Shown: positions 49,101-62,339 of the stretch, one piece after another | How the letters are laid out: each line of letters begins with the position of its first letter | Position numbering within the stretch: position 1 is the first letter of the stretch | From: Octopus sinensis | Lineage: Eukaryota | Assembly: GCF_006345805.1 (NCBI RefSeq) | Contig: NC_043016.1 | Location: 22,506,001-22,570,000 of the forward strand | DNA: 64,000 nt | Reading direction: 5' to 3' | Translations under genes and position numbers: made by a program | The notes under the pieces: model-generated | What the model was told of the DNA's origin: nothing | What the model saw: only the letters and a program-made list of their open reading frames with translations | Databases searched by the model: none

Positions 49101-50526
49101 TGCGGTTTGTCCAAGTCCACATTGGCACATTCGGGTTGTCTAGTCGAAACCTGTCGGACAGCTGAAAGCGGCCGAGTAGGTTGGCGAGGCTCTTGCACCC
49201 TCCCCTTCTCCTATCAGACGCTCCCCTGCCCACCCGATCAAAACGTTCGTCTAAGACAGCGTTCCAATCCCCAACTAGCACTAGAGTGCGTGACGTTCCC
49301 AGGAAAACTTCCAGACGTTTGAAATAATCCGACTGCCCTGCTCCTGTCGGAGCGTAGGCAGCCAGCAGTCTGAAAGCACCGCCGTCACTACCGTCGACGT
49401 CGAGGACCACCAACTTACCTTCCGGATCCAGGAAGACTGTCCTTATTTTCAGGTCCAGGCCCTTCTGAAACAACACCGCAGTACCACCACCGCCCGCTCC
49501 CGGCCGACACGGAGATAGAAATATCTCGTATCCGCCGAAAAGGGCTGCGAGTTCCTGCGGGTGGGAGAGCCTGGTTTCACTGATGGCTGCTACATCCACA
49601 TCATGAAACCTCAGGTCGTTTAACAGGTGACCCTGTTTCCAAGGTGACCCGAGGCCTCTCACATTCAAGCAACCGATTCTAAGATTTGCCATGTTTCAAA
49701 AGTTAGGGAAAAAATAGGAGAAAAAAGGCTCTACTTACTGTTGTTGGTGGTGGGGGTGGCTCCCTTGTGCATTTGCACGGGTTCTTCAACAATATTTTTA
49801 TAAAGTTTCTGAGAGAAACTTTTCCCTAGCGATCCCACATCGTTAGGGAATATTTGCTTGATTTCATCATATGTTTTTGCATTTATTTTTATTGTGAGAA
49901 TGTGTGCTGGTGGTATGTTTTGTGTTGGTATGATGAAATCGGTTATATTTGTACTAGTTTTGTTTTTTAAGTACTCCACTAGTTTTTGGTTCTTTGTGTT
50001 TATTGATGTAATTGTGTCTGTGTGTGTTTGTGTGTGTGGCAGTGGCAGTAGTGGTGTCGAAAGTGTTGTTGTTGTTGTTGTTGTGAGTGTGTGTTGTTGT
50101 TGATGTTGTTGTTGATGTTGGGAAGTACTATTTGTTCGTGCTTCCCCTGTAAATCTTTTTGTTTTTTCCTCCTTTTCTTCTTTGGAGGCACTATACTCCA
50201 TTCTCCTTTGGTGGAATCAGAGCTCGCACAATCTGAGATCTCTTCATCCGGCAAAGGAATGGTTGAGGGGTCTGCTTCAGCAGCAGGACGAAAGGTTGTT
50301 GGTTCCGCCGGTATCGGTGGTGCCGCTGCTCCTGTTGCTGTTGATGTTGCTGCAGTTGATCTTCGAGGTACTGGTGTCGGTGTTCGCCCAACTGACGAGC
50401 TCCGCAAGAAGCCGGTCGGTTTGGCTACAAAAATATTTTTAAAAATTCAAACTTATTAACAAATTTCCAATAAAATTGGCACAAAACTCACAGAGCTGAT
50501 TCACGTACGTCCGTCGTGTCGGAAGG
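46190..50526 (-). mobile_element. Tx1 family B copy B1 (ORF1 N-half deleted, ORF2 degraded)
   Basis: EN ORF 48349-49692 (MANLRIGCLNVRGL, ISETR, GDWN); RT fragments; 5' UTR joined to mid-ORF1 at ~50385. Confidence 0.9.
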
Positions 50527-50550
50527 AATAATAATAATAATAATAATAAT

Positions 50551-53500
50551 CAATTCTTTTTTATTGGCCACAAGGGCTGACACGCATGATTACATAAAGG
50601 GACAAGACAGGACGAAAGGTTACAAAGGGTTTTGTCCGTTTGTTAAAAAATCCGTGTAAAAAAACTTTATAACAATGATTATTAAAACAATGAAAAACTC
50701 CCAAAAGGGGGAGACGTTTCGAAAGGTTCCTGGTGGAAAAAACCCTACAAAAGCCAACGGGAGCCTGGTCAAAAAAAGGGGGTGTAGAGAGTCCCCTTTT
50801 TATCTCCTTTTACATTACCTTTTTTTGAAATCACAGGCGAAACCTGAGAACTGGTCCATTTATACAGGCCAGTCTCGCACAATTCACCCACCTTTCATAA
50901 AACTTGCTATCGGACAGCACTTTCCTCTCTAACCTCATCTTCCTTTTCAAGTGAAACTTGAAAAAGTTGATGAGGCCTTGACCAAAGCGGAAAGTGTCTG
51001 TCTTTAGCCCTTTCAAACGAGTCCACCACACGACCTCTTTCGCCACAGCCACTAGGCACAAGAAAACGGCCTCACCCTCCTTGTTAAAGGAGGTTGGTGG
51101 GGCAATCTTCACTATGGATTCGGCCGATAGTCGGATCCGTCCTACACGTGACAGTAGCTGTTCGACATAAATCCATATTTCAGCAATACTCGGGCACTGG
51201 ACGAGTGCGTGCAGAACGGTTTCGTCGTCCTGGCAACACCTCGGGCAGGCCCGGCTGACGGCACTTCCGTGCCGGTAGAGTTTATCTCGAACAGGCAGAG
51301 CCCCTCGGTAGCACTGCCAGGCGAGAGACCTCTGGAAATTATCCATCGGCCCCGGCCCGAAAGTCCTCCCGAACAGACTGCACAGTTCGTCATCTTCAAC
51401 GCCTAGAGTTTCCCCGAGAACGTCGTCGCATTTGTCCTCCACTAACCCTCTATAGAACGCTAGAGTGGAGCTGTAACCGATCGCATTGCCCGTCTGACGG
51501 AGGGTGGAGAGAGCTTGACGGCACTCGAGGTGCCAAGCGCCCTTTCTCGGTCTACGTTTGATCCAGGTCTGCAGCTCCGTCAAAGAGACGAGCTGCGGAA
51601 AATCGCATCTGACAAAAGACGACCACACCTGTTCACCGTCTAGGAAGCGCTTGAGATGCCGCAGCCTGAGCGCATGTCTGTGCAACAGCAACCACGGCAT
51701 TCCAAAGGCTTCCGTTCAGCGGTCGTTGACAGCAGATGGATCGCCTAACCAGTGGCACCTGACCCTTCCACAAAAAGTCGATGAGCAGGCATACCAGCTT
51801 GGCCAACCAGCGGTCGGGACAAGGGACGACGGTCAAGCGGTAATAGATGACGGATGCAATGTACGCATTCGCCACCTCCGCCCGACCTTTCAGGGACAGC
51901 TTCCTCTCGGCCCATTTCTGGGTGAGACGTGCCACCCTGCTCGTCATCTCTTCCCAGTTCTTATCCACCTGGAGGTCCGGACCGAACCAGACCCCGAGCA
52001 GTTTAACGGGTCCATCTGTCCAGCGCCCTACGACGCTGTTGGACGGCATGGGCTTGCCTCTCCAGGTGCCCAGTTGCAAGCCCACAGACTTTTCCACTTT
52101 AATCTTTGCCCCTGTCACCGCTTCGTACTGGTTTAGCGTCTCGCCAATCAGGCCAATGTGCCTGTGGCTCGACACCACCACGGTGACGTCGTCGGCATAA
52201 GCAGACACGCTGTTTCCGCCTCCTAGATCGCGCGGGATACCCCTCAAAGCCTCCAACTTGCGCAGTAATGGCTCGAGAGTCAAAATGTACAAGAGGGAGG
52301 AGAGAGGGCATCCTTGGCGGACCGAACGCGAGATGTCGAACGGTTCCGAAAGGTGACCATTCACCCGTATCACCGAGCAGATGTTGCTGTATAAAGCAGC
52401 GATCCACCCTCGGAAGACTGGACCGAAGCCGGCTGCCCTGAGGACAGCTGCTAGGTACCGATGGTCGACCCTATCGAAGGCTTTACTCTGATCCAAGTTG
52501 ATCAAAGCCCCACCCGCGCCAGCGTCGTTACCCACCCTCTCTATGATGTAGCGCATGAGATGGAGGTTGTTGTGTATCGACCTGGTCGGCACGGCGCATG
52601 TCTGCGTCTTGCCGACCAGCTTGTCCACGACAAGCGCCAATCTCTTGGCTAGCACCTTGGCCAAAATCTTCAACTCTGCATTGAGCAGAGTGATGGGCTG
52701 GAAATTCCCTATAACGTCCCCCTTGTTTGGGTCCTTCTTTAGCAAAGCCACCACCCTCGACAGACAAAAGCAGGAATTCTCCCGTTTTGCTGCCAGTTGC
52801 AGTAGACGTTTGCCAACAGGTCCGCAAACAAGTCTGGCATTGAAAAGTAAAGCTCGTAGGGCAGACCATCCAAACCCGGCGATCTACCTCTCGTGCAACT
52901 CTTCATCGCTTCCTGTACTTCCCAGGCAGATATCGGTCCTTCGCAGCACTCTGCCTCGCTGTCCGAGAGTTGCGGTAGGCCGTCCAGGTACACACCGAAG
53001 TCTGTACCGTTGGTGTCCGTTCCACCGCTCGTGCCAAACAGTTGAGCAAAGTGCCGCTGAAGCACTGTACACATCTGCTTCGGTTGGGTAACCTCGCGCC
53101 CGTTCTGGTCCACCAAAGACCGAATGGTTGCTCTGTTGCCTTGCTTCGCCTCCGCCACGCGGGCCCATCGAGCGGCTCTAGTCCCCTCCCCGCTTAGCGA
53201 ACGCCCTTAGCTCTGACAACGCAGCCTTGTTTGGCGTCGAAGTGTTGGTCGAGGGCCAACCTTGCCGCCAACACGTCGGTCGCGATGCCAGTGTCAAGAG
53301 CCTCGTCTAGTTTCTTAACTAAATCCCGCTCTCTCTTCCTACGTTCAATAGCTAGAGTCTTACTATACCTAATCGACTCTACTCTAATTGCTCTCTTGAG
53401 GGCAAACCACCAGTTGTTGTTGATGATTGCCCCCGTGAGCGCCCGCTTAACTAGTAAACTAATCCGGTCTCTGTAAGCTTTGCACGCCGTTAACGACGCG

Positions 53501-56372
53501 TTCAGCTTCCAGTAGCCGGGTCCCTGTCTATGTAGCCTATCTAAGTCGACCGTACAGATCACTAATTTGTGGTCTGTATATTCGACTAGGTGGAATTGTG
53601 GACACCCTACGCTGTCCTTATCCGCTGGCCTACAAAACACTCTATCTAAGTACGATCTAGACGACCCGATGCGGTTTGTCCAAGTCACATTGGCACATTC
53701 GGGTTGTCTAGTCGAAACCTGTCGGACAGCTGAAAGCGGCCGAGTAGGTTGGCGAGGCTCTTGCACCCTCCCCCTCTCCTATCAGACGCTCCCCTGCCCA
53801 CCCGATCGAAACGTTCGTCTAAGACAGCGTTCCAATCCCCAACTAGCACTAGAGTGCGTGACGTTCCCAGGAAAACTTCCAGACGTTTGAAATAATCCGA
53901 CTGCCCTGCTCCTGTCGGAGCGTAGGCAGCCAGCAGTCTGAAAGCACCGCCGTCACTACCGTCGACGTCGAGGACCACCAACTTACCTTCCGGATCCAAG
54001 AAGACTGTCCTTATTTTCAGGTCCAGGCCCTTCCGAAACAACACCGCAGTACCACCACCGCCTGCTCCCGGCCGACACGGAGATAGAAATATCTCGTATC
54101 CGCCGAAAAGGGCTGCGAGTTCCTGCGGGTTGGAGAGCCTGGTTTCACTGATGGCTGCTACATCCACATCGTGAAACCTCAGGTCGTTTAACAGGTGACC
54201 CTGTTTCCAAGGTGACCCGAGGCCTCTCACATTCAAGCAACCGATTCTAAGATTTGCCATGTCTCAAAAGTAAGGGAAAAAAAAGAGAAAAAAGGCTCTA
54301 CTTACTGTTGTTGGTGGTGGGGGTGGCTCCCTTGTGCTTTTGCACGGGTGCTTCCACAATGTTTTTATAAAGTTTCTTCGAGAAACTTTTCCCTAGCGAT
54401 CCCACATCGTTAGGGAATATTTGTTTGATTTCATCATATGTTTTGCATTTATTTTATTGTGAGAATGTGTGCTGGTGGTGTGTTTGTGTTGGTATGATGA
54501 AATCGGTTATATTTGTACTAGTTTTGTTTTTTAAGTACTCCACTAGTTTTTGGTTCTTTGTGTTATTGATGTAATTGTGTCTGTGTGTGTTGTGTGTGTG
54601 GCAGTGGCAGTAGTGGTGTCGAAAGTGTTGTTGTTGTTTGTTGTTGTGAGTGTGTGTTGTTGTTGTTGTCGTTGTTGATGTTGGGAAGCACTATTTGTTC
54701 GTGCTTCCCCTGTAAATCTTTTTGTTTTTTCCTCCTTTTCTTCTTTGGAGGCACTATACTCCATTCTCCTTTGTTGGAATCAGAGCTCGCACAATCCGAC
54801 TCTTCATCCGGCAAAGGAATGGTTGAGGGGTCTGCTTCAGTAGCAGGACAAAAGTTTTTGGTTCCGCCGGTATCGGTGGTGCCGCTGCTCCTGTTGCTGT
54901 TGATGTCGCTGCTGTCGACCTTCGAGGTACTGGTGTCGGTGTTGGTTTGGTGGTGGTTGTCGGTGTTGGTTTGGTGGTGGTTGTTGTTGTGGAGGTGGTG
55001 TTGTTCGTCTTGGTGCTGGTGTTGGTGATGGTGTTGGTGGTGTGGCAGCCTTTGGTGTTTCTTGCTGTTTTTGTTGTTTCTGTTGTTGTTGCTTGTGTTG
55101 TTGTTGTTGTTGTTGTTGCTGCTGCCTCTTGCTGAAAGCCTCCATCCTCTTTTTGTGAATGGGACAGTCCCTCTTTAAGTGGCTTTCGCTGCTGCAGAGG
55201 AAACATTTTGGCTTTCGCCCCTCCACAGCAACGTTTAGCCTGGTGCCGTCCGGCAAACTTACGAAATCAGGGACTTTACTGATATTCTCTTGCTGAACTT
55301 GCGCAAGAAGCAGCACTCCCATCCCCAACCAGTTTTTCGCCCTCACTCTCCTGACATCTAGAATGGTGGTAGTGTCCTCTATATCATAGAGGACAGCTGC
55401 CACCAGCCATGACATATCTAGCTCGGGGGGGGGGCGAGGTCAATTTTTATTTTTGTTACTCTTCGCCCGAGGTGGGTCGGAACTAGTAACAAATTCTCAG
55501 TTTGCAAGGGCGAAATGGCGTTCGCCCTTGCAAGCTCCTCTGTTGGGAAGCGAACCTCCACGGTTCCAAAACACTTCCCCTTGGTTACGTAGCTCTTTTG
55601 GGCCCAAATGGGCTTTAGAGCTATCTCCAACTGTTGGGGTGTGGCATTTGTCATTCTTTTTAGTTTTCTGTCGAAAACTTTGTATATTATTGTTTTCTTG
55701 TTGGTGCTTTCAATCACTTCTTGTGGAGTATTGAGGAAGATGCCATTGCCATCCTTCCTCAACAACTCCTTCGCTCTTTTCACATCTTCTAGAGTTATCT
55801 TAACTTCCTCCGAAATTTGCTTCGCAGCAGAAGCAAATTGTTGGAAGTTTTTTCTTTTTTCTCCGTGTCAATGTTTGTAATGATTTTTGTAATTGTTTTT
55901 CTTCCTCCTCCTTCCGTACCAAAGCATTGGGTGAAGGCAGAGAGGGGAAAATCGAGAATTACGTCGAACGCGACGTCCTGGCTTGCATTCTCCTTTTGAA
56001 CGGAGCGCGTGCTCTCCGGTTCGGAAGGAGGATCTTTGTTGCCTTTTAAGGCGTGAAGTGGGTGTTTTGTACGAGTTGTTGTGTGGTTTGCGGAGGGAAT
56101 GTATCTTGAAGGAAGGAACAGCCAACTGTTCGCTTCATAGCCATGTTTGTTTGTAATATTCAAAATGTTGAAAAATGTCAAATGTTCAAATTTTTAAAAC
56201 GTAATTTCACCCCGAATGGGGCAAAATTTCGCCCAACCGACGAGCTCCGCAAGAAGCCAGTCGGTTTGGCCACAAAAATATTAAAAAATATTCAAACTTA
56301 TCGGCAAATTTCCAGTAAAATTGGTGTCAAATTCACGGAGCTGATTCACGTACGTCCATCGGCGTCGGAAGG
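50551..56372 (-). mobile_element. Tx1 family B copy B2, full length (5.8 kb)
   Basis: ORF1 ~54300-56145 (KCFLCSSESHLKRDC, poly-Q); ORF2 50831-54260 with EN, RT (DQSKAFD, GCPLSS, YADD) and CPRC..ETVLHALVQC; (AAT)n flanks. Confidence 0.95.
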
Positions 56373-56390
56373 AATAATAATAATAATAAT

Positions 56391-59300
56391 CAATTTTTTA
56401 TTGGCCACAAGGGCTGACACGCATGATTACATAAAGGACAAGACAGGACGAAAGGTTACAAAGGGTTTTGTCCGTTTGTTAAAAAAATCCGTGTAAAAAA
56501 CTTTAAAGCAATGATTATAAAAAACAATGAAAAACTCCCAAAAGGGGGAGACGTCTCGAAATGTTCCCGGTGGAAAAAAACCCTACAAAAGCCAACGGGA
56601 GCCTGGTCAAAAAAAGGGGGTGTAGAGAGTCCCCTTTCTTCTCCTTTTACATTACCTTTTTCTTTGAAATCACAGGCGAAACCTGAGAACTGGTCCATTT
56701 ATACAGGCCAGTCTCGCACAATTCACCCACCTTTCATAAAACTTGCTATCGGACAGCACTTTCCCTCTAACCTCATCTTCCTTTTCAAGTGAAACTTGAA
56801 AAAGTTGATGAGGCCTTGACCAAAGAGGAAAGTGTCTGTCTTTAGCCCTTTCAAACGAGTCCACCACACGACCTCTTTCGCCACAGCCACTAGGCACAAG
56901 AAAACGGCCTCGCCCTCCTTGTTAAAGGAGGTCGGCGGGGCAATCTTCACTATGGATTCGGCCGATAGTCGGATCCGTCCTACACGTGACAGTAGCTGTT
57001 CGACATAAACCCATATTTCAGCAATACTCGGGCACTGGACAAGTGCGTGCAGGACGGTTTCGTCGTCCTGGCAACACCTCGGGCAGGCCCGGCTGACGGC
57101 ACTTACGTGCCGGTAGAGTTTATCTCGAACAGGCAGAGCCCCTCGGTAACACTGCCAGGCGAGAGACTTCTGGAAATTATCCATTGGCCCCGGCCCGAAA
57201 GTCCTCCCGAACAGACCGCTCAGTTCGTCGTCTTCAACGCCTAGAGTTTCCCCGAGAACGTCGTCGCATTTTTCCTCCACTAACCCTCTATAGAACGCTA
57301 GAGTGGAGCTGTAACCGACCGCATTGCCCGCCTGGTGGAGGGCGGAGAGGGCTTGACGGCACTCGAGGTGCCAAGCGCCCTTTCTCGGTCTACGTTTGAT
57401 CCAGGTCTGCAGCTCCGTCAAAGAGACGAGCTGCGGAAAATCGCGTCTGACAAAAGACGACCACACCTGTTCACCGTCTAGGAAGCGCGTGAGATGCCGC
57501 AGCCTGAGCGCATGTCTGTGCAACAGCAACCACGGCATTCCAAGGCCTCCGTTCAGCGGTCGTTGACAGCAGATGGATCGCCTGACCAGTGGCACCTGAC
57601 CCTTCCACAAAAAGTCGAAGAGCAGGCGTACCAGCTTGGCCAACCAGCGGTCGGGACAAGGGACGACGGTCAAGCGGTAATAGATGACGGATGCGATGTA
57701 CGCATTCGCCACCTCCGCTCGACCTTTCACGGACAGCTTCCTCTCGGCCCATTTCTGGGTGAGACGTGCCACCCTGCTCGTCACCTCTTCCCAGTTCTTA
57801 TCCACCTGGAGGTCCGGACCGAACCAGACCCCGAGCAGTTTAACGGGTCCGTCTGTCCAGCGCCCTACGACGCTGTTGGACGGCATGGGCTTGCCTCTCC
57901 AGGTGCCCAGTTGCACCCCACAGACTTTTCCGCGTTAATCTTTGCCCCTGTCCCCGCTTCGTACTGGTTTAGCGTCTCGCCAATCAGGCCAATGTGCCTG
58001 TGGCTCGACACCACCACGGTGACGTCGTCGGCATAAGCAGACACGCTGTTTCCGCCTCCTAGATCGCGCGGGATGCCCCTCAAAGCCTCCAACTTGCGCA
58101 GTAATGGCTCGAGAGTCAAAATGTACAAGAGGGAGGAGAGAGGGCATCCTTGGCGGACCGAACGCGAGATGTCGAACGGTTCCGAAAGGTGACCGTTCAC
58201 CCGTATCACCGAGCAGATGTTGCTGTATAAAGCAGCGATCCACCCGCGGAAGACTGGACCGAAGCCGGCTGCCTTGAGGACAGCTGCCAGGTACCGATGG
58301 TCGACCCTATCGAAGGCTTTACTCTGATCCAAGTTGATCAAAGCCCCACCCGCACCAGCGTCGTTACGCACCCTCTCTATGATGTAGCGCATGAGATGGA
58401 GGTTGTCGTGTATCGACCTGGTCGGCACGGCGCATGTCTGCGTCCCGCCGACCAGCTTGTCCACGACAAGCGCCAATCTCTTGGCTAGCACCTTGGCCAA
58501 AATCTTCAACTCTGCATTGAGCAGAGTGATGGGCCGGAAATTCCCTATAACGTCCCCCTTGTTTGGGTCCTTCTTTAGCAAAGCCACCATCCCTCGACAG
58601 ACAAAAGCAGGAATTCTCCCGTTTTGCTGCCAGTTGCAGTAGACGTTTGCCAACAGGTCCGCAAACAAGTCTGGCATTGAAAAGTAAAGCTCGTAGGGCA
58701 GACCATCCAACCCGGCGATCTACCTCTCGTGCAACTCTTCATCGCTTCCTGTACTTCCCAGGCAGATATCGGTCCTTCGCAGCACTCTGCCTCGCTGTCC
58801 GAGAGTTGCGGCAGTCCGTCCAGGTACACACCGAAGTCTGTACCGTTGGTGTCCGTTCCACCGCTCGTCCCAAACAGTTGAGCAAAGTGCGCTGAAGCAC
58901 CGTACACATCTGCTTCGGTTGGGTAACCTCGCGCCCGTTCTGGTCCACCAAAGACCGAATGGTTGCTCTGTTGCCTCGCTTCGCCTCCGCCACGCGGGCC
59001 CATCGAGCGGCTCTAGTCCCCTCCCGCTTAGCAAGCAAGCCTTCGTGTTTGGCGTCGAAGTGTTGGTCGAGGGCCACCTTGCCGCCAACACGTCGGTCGC
59101 GATGCCAGTGTCAAGAGCTTCGTCTAGTTTCTTAACTAAATCCCGCTCTCTCTTCCTACGTTCAATAGCTAGAGTCTTACTATACCTAATCGACTCTACT
59201 CTAATTGCTCTCTTGAGGGCAAACCACCAGTTGTTGTTGATGATTGCCCCCGCGAGCGCCCGCTTAACCAGTAAACTAATCCGGTCTCTGTAAGCTTTGC

Positions 59301-62265
59301 ACGCCGTTAACGACGTGTTCAGCTTCCAGTAGCCGGGTCCCTGTCTATGTAGCCTATCTAAGTCGACCGTACAAATCACTAATTTGTGGTCCGTATATTC
59401 GACTAGGTGGAATTGTGGACACCCTACGCTGTCATTATCCGCTGGCCTACAAAACACTCTATCTAAGTACGATCTAGACGACACGATGCGGTTTGTCCAA
59501 GTCCACATTGGCACATTCGGGTTGTCTAGTCGAAACCTGTTGGACAGCTGAAAGCGGCCGAGTAGGTTGGCGAGGCTCTTGCACCCTCCCCCTCTCCTAT
59601 CAGATGCTCCCCTGCCCACCCGATCGAAACGTTCGTCTAAGACAGCGTTCCAATCCCCAACTAGTACTAGAGTGCGTGACGTTCCCAGGAAAACTTCCAG
59701 ACGTTTGAAATAATCCGACTGCCCTGCTCCTGTCGGAGCGTAGGCAGCCAGCAGTCTGAAAGCACCGCCGTCACTACCGTCCACGTTGAGGACCACCAAC
59801 TTACCTTCCGGATCCAAGAAGACTGTCCTTATTTTCAGGTCCAGGCCCTTCTGAAACAACACCGCAGTACCACCACCGCCCGCTCCCGGCCGACACGGAG
59901 ATAGAAATATCTCGTATCCGCCGAAAAGGGCTGCGAGTTCCTGCGGGTGGGAGAGCCTGGTTTCACTGATGGCTGCTACATCCACATCATGAAACCTCAG
60001 GTCGTTTAACAGGTGACCCTGTTTCCAAGGTGACCCGAGGCCTCTCACATTCAAGCAACCGATTCTAAGATTTGCCATGTTTCAAAAGAAAAAAAAAAAA
60101 AGGAGAAAAAAGGCTCTACTACTGTTGTTGGTGGTGGGGGGGTGGCTCCCTTGTGCTTTTGCACAGGTGCTTCAATAATATTTTTGTAAAGTTTCTGAGA
60201 GAAACTTTTCCCTAACGATCCCACATCGTTAGGGAATATTTGTTTTATTTCGTTGTAAACTGTTTTGTTTATTTTTATTGTGAGAATGTGTGCTGGTGGT
60301 GTGTTGTGTGTAGGTATGATGAAATCTGTAATGTTTGTGCTTGTTTTGTTTTTCAAATACTCAACCAGTTCCTGGTTTCTTGTATTCACTGCTGTAATCG
60401 TGTCTGTAATTGTGTCTGTGTTTGTTTGTGTCTGTGGTAGTGGCAGTAGTAGTGGTGTCGAAAGTGTTGTTGTGTTGTTGTTGTTGTTGTGAGTGTGTGT
60501 TGTTGTTGATTGTTGTTGATGTTGGGAAGTACTATTTGTTCATGCTTCCCCTGTAAATCTTTTTGTTTTTTCCTCCTTTTCTTTTTTGGAGGTACTATGT
60601 TCCATTCTCCTTTGTTGGAATCAGAGCTCGCACAATCCGAGATCTCTTCATCCGGCAAAGGAATGGTTGAGGGGTCTACTTCAGTAGCAGGATGAAAAGT
60701 TTTGGTTCCGCCGGTATCGGTGGTGCCGCTGCTCCTGTTACTGTTGATGTCGCTGCTGTCGACCTTCGACGAGGTACTGTGTCGGTGTTTGGTGGTGGTT
60801 GTCGGTGTTGGTTGGTGGGGTTGTCGGTGTTGGTTTGGTGGTGGTGTCGGTGTTGGTTGGTGGTGGTGTTGGTTGGTTGGTGGTGGTGTTGTTGTTGGAG
60901 GTGGTGTGTTCGTCTTGGTGTTGGTGTGGTGAGGTGTTGGTGGTGTGGCAGCCTTTGGTATTTCGTGCTGTTTTTGTTGTTTCTGTTGTTGTTGCTTGTG
61001 TTGTTGTTGTTGTTGCTGCCTCTTGCTATACTCCTCCATTCTTTTTTGAATGGGGCAGTCCCTTTTCAGGTGGCTTTCGCTACTGCAGAGGAAACATTTT
61101 GGCTTTCGCCCCTCTACAGTAACATTTAGCCTGGTCCCATCCAGTAAGATGACAAAGTCAGGTATGGCATTGATGTTTTCCTGCTGGATCTGTACCAGCA
61201 GTTGAATACCCATGCCTGACCAGTTCTTTTCTCGTACCCTCCGAACATTCAGAATAGTGGCAGTGTCCTCTATGCCATAGAGGACAGCGCCACTAGCCAT
61301 GAGATTTTCTGTTCGGGGGGTATTGTGCTATAGTTCTTTTTTGTACCTTACGCCCGAGGTACGTCGGGACGAGGAACAAATGTTCATTTTGCAAGGGCGA
61401 AATGGCGTTCGCCCTTGCAAGCTCCTCTGTTGGGAAGCGAACCTCCACGGTTCCAAATCGCTTCCCTCTTGTCACATAGCTCTTCTGGCCCCAAATGGGC
61501 TTCAGAGCCATCTCTAACTGTTGTGGTGTGGCGTTAAACAATCTTTTAGTTTTCTTTTCGAAAACTTTATAAAAGATTGTTCTTTTGTTTGTCTCTTGTG
61601 TGAGTTGTTGAGGTGTGTTGAGGAAAACACTGTTTCCCTCCTTTCTCAACAAATCTTGTGCCATTTTTATGTCCTCCATTGTTATTTCTACATCTTCCGA
61701 AATTTGCTTCGCAGCAGAAGCAAAATCGTTAGAGACTTTTACATTTTTTTGTTGGTTCTTTTCTGTGTTTGTGTCTGTTATAAGTTTCTTTACCTCCCCC
61801 TTCGGTACAGCATCACTTGTTGAAGGCAGAGGGGGGAAATCAAGAGTGACGTCGAACGCGACGTCCTGACTAGTATTCCCCTTTCGAACGGTGCGCGTGC
61901 TTTCCGTTTCGGAAGGAGGAGCTCTGTTGCCTTTTACGGCTTGAAATGGGTTGTACGTAACCCGTGACGTTGTTTTTTGTTCTTGTGGAGGGGGTGTTGT
62001 AAGAAGGAGGGAAGAGCCAGCAGCTTGTTTTAAAGCCATTTTGTAAATGTGTGTGTGCAAAAAAAAAAAAATGTCAATTTCAATGTAATAAACAGCAATT
62101 TCACCCCGAAGGGGCAAAATTTCGCCCAACCGACGAGCTCCGCAAGAAGCCGGTCGGTTTGGCTACAAAAATATTAAAAAATATTCAAACCTATCAATAG
62201 ATTTCCAATGAAATTGGTGTCAAATTCACGGAGCTCATTCACGTACGTCCATCGGCGTCAGAAGG
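56391..62265 (-). mobile_element. Tx1 family B copy B3, full length, divergent ORF1
   Basis: ORF2 ~56670-60078; ORF1 ~60100-62038 starting MALKQAAGSS; (AAT)n flanks. Confidence 0.95.
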
Positions 62266-62339
62266 AATAATAATAATAATGATAATAATAATAATAATAA
62301 TAATAATAATAGTCGTCGTCGTCGGCGGCGGCGGGGGGG

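Noticed and set aside
49679-49738. Possible 60-nt intron (GTAAGT..CTAAC..AG) fusing Tx1 ORF1 to ORF2
   Set aside because: Splicing gives an out-of-frame product with an immediate stop, and the donor is absent in B3.
60692-61129. Val/Trp/Cys-rich plus-strand ORFs across 49.8-63 kb
   Set aside because: They are antisense shadows of the (CAA/ACA)n tracts in Tx1 ORF1.
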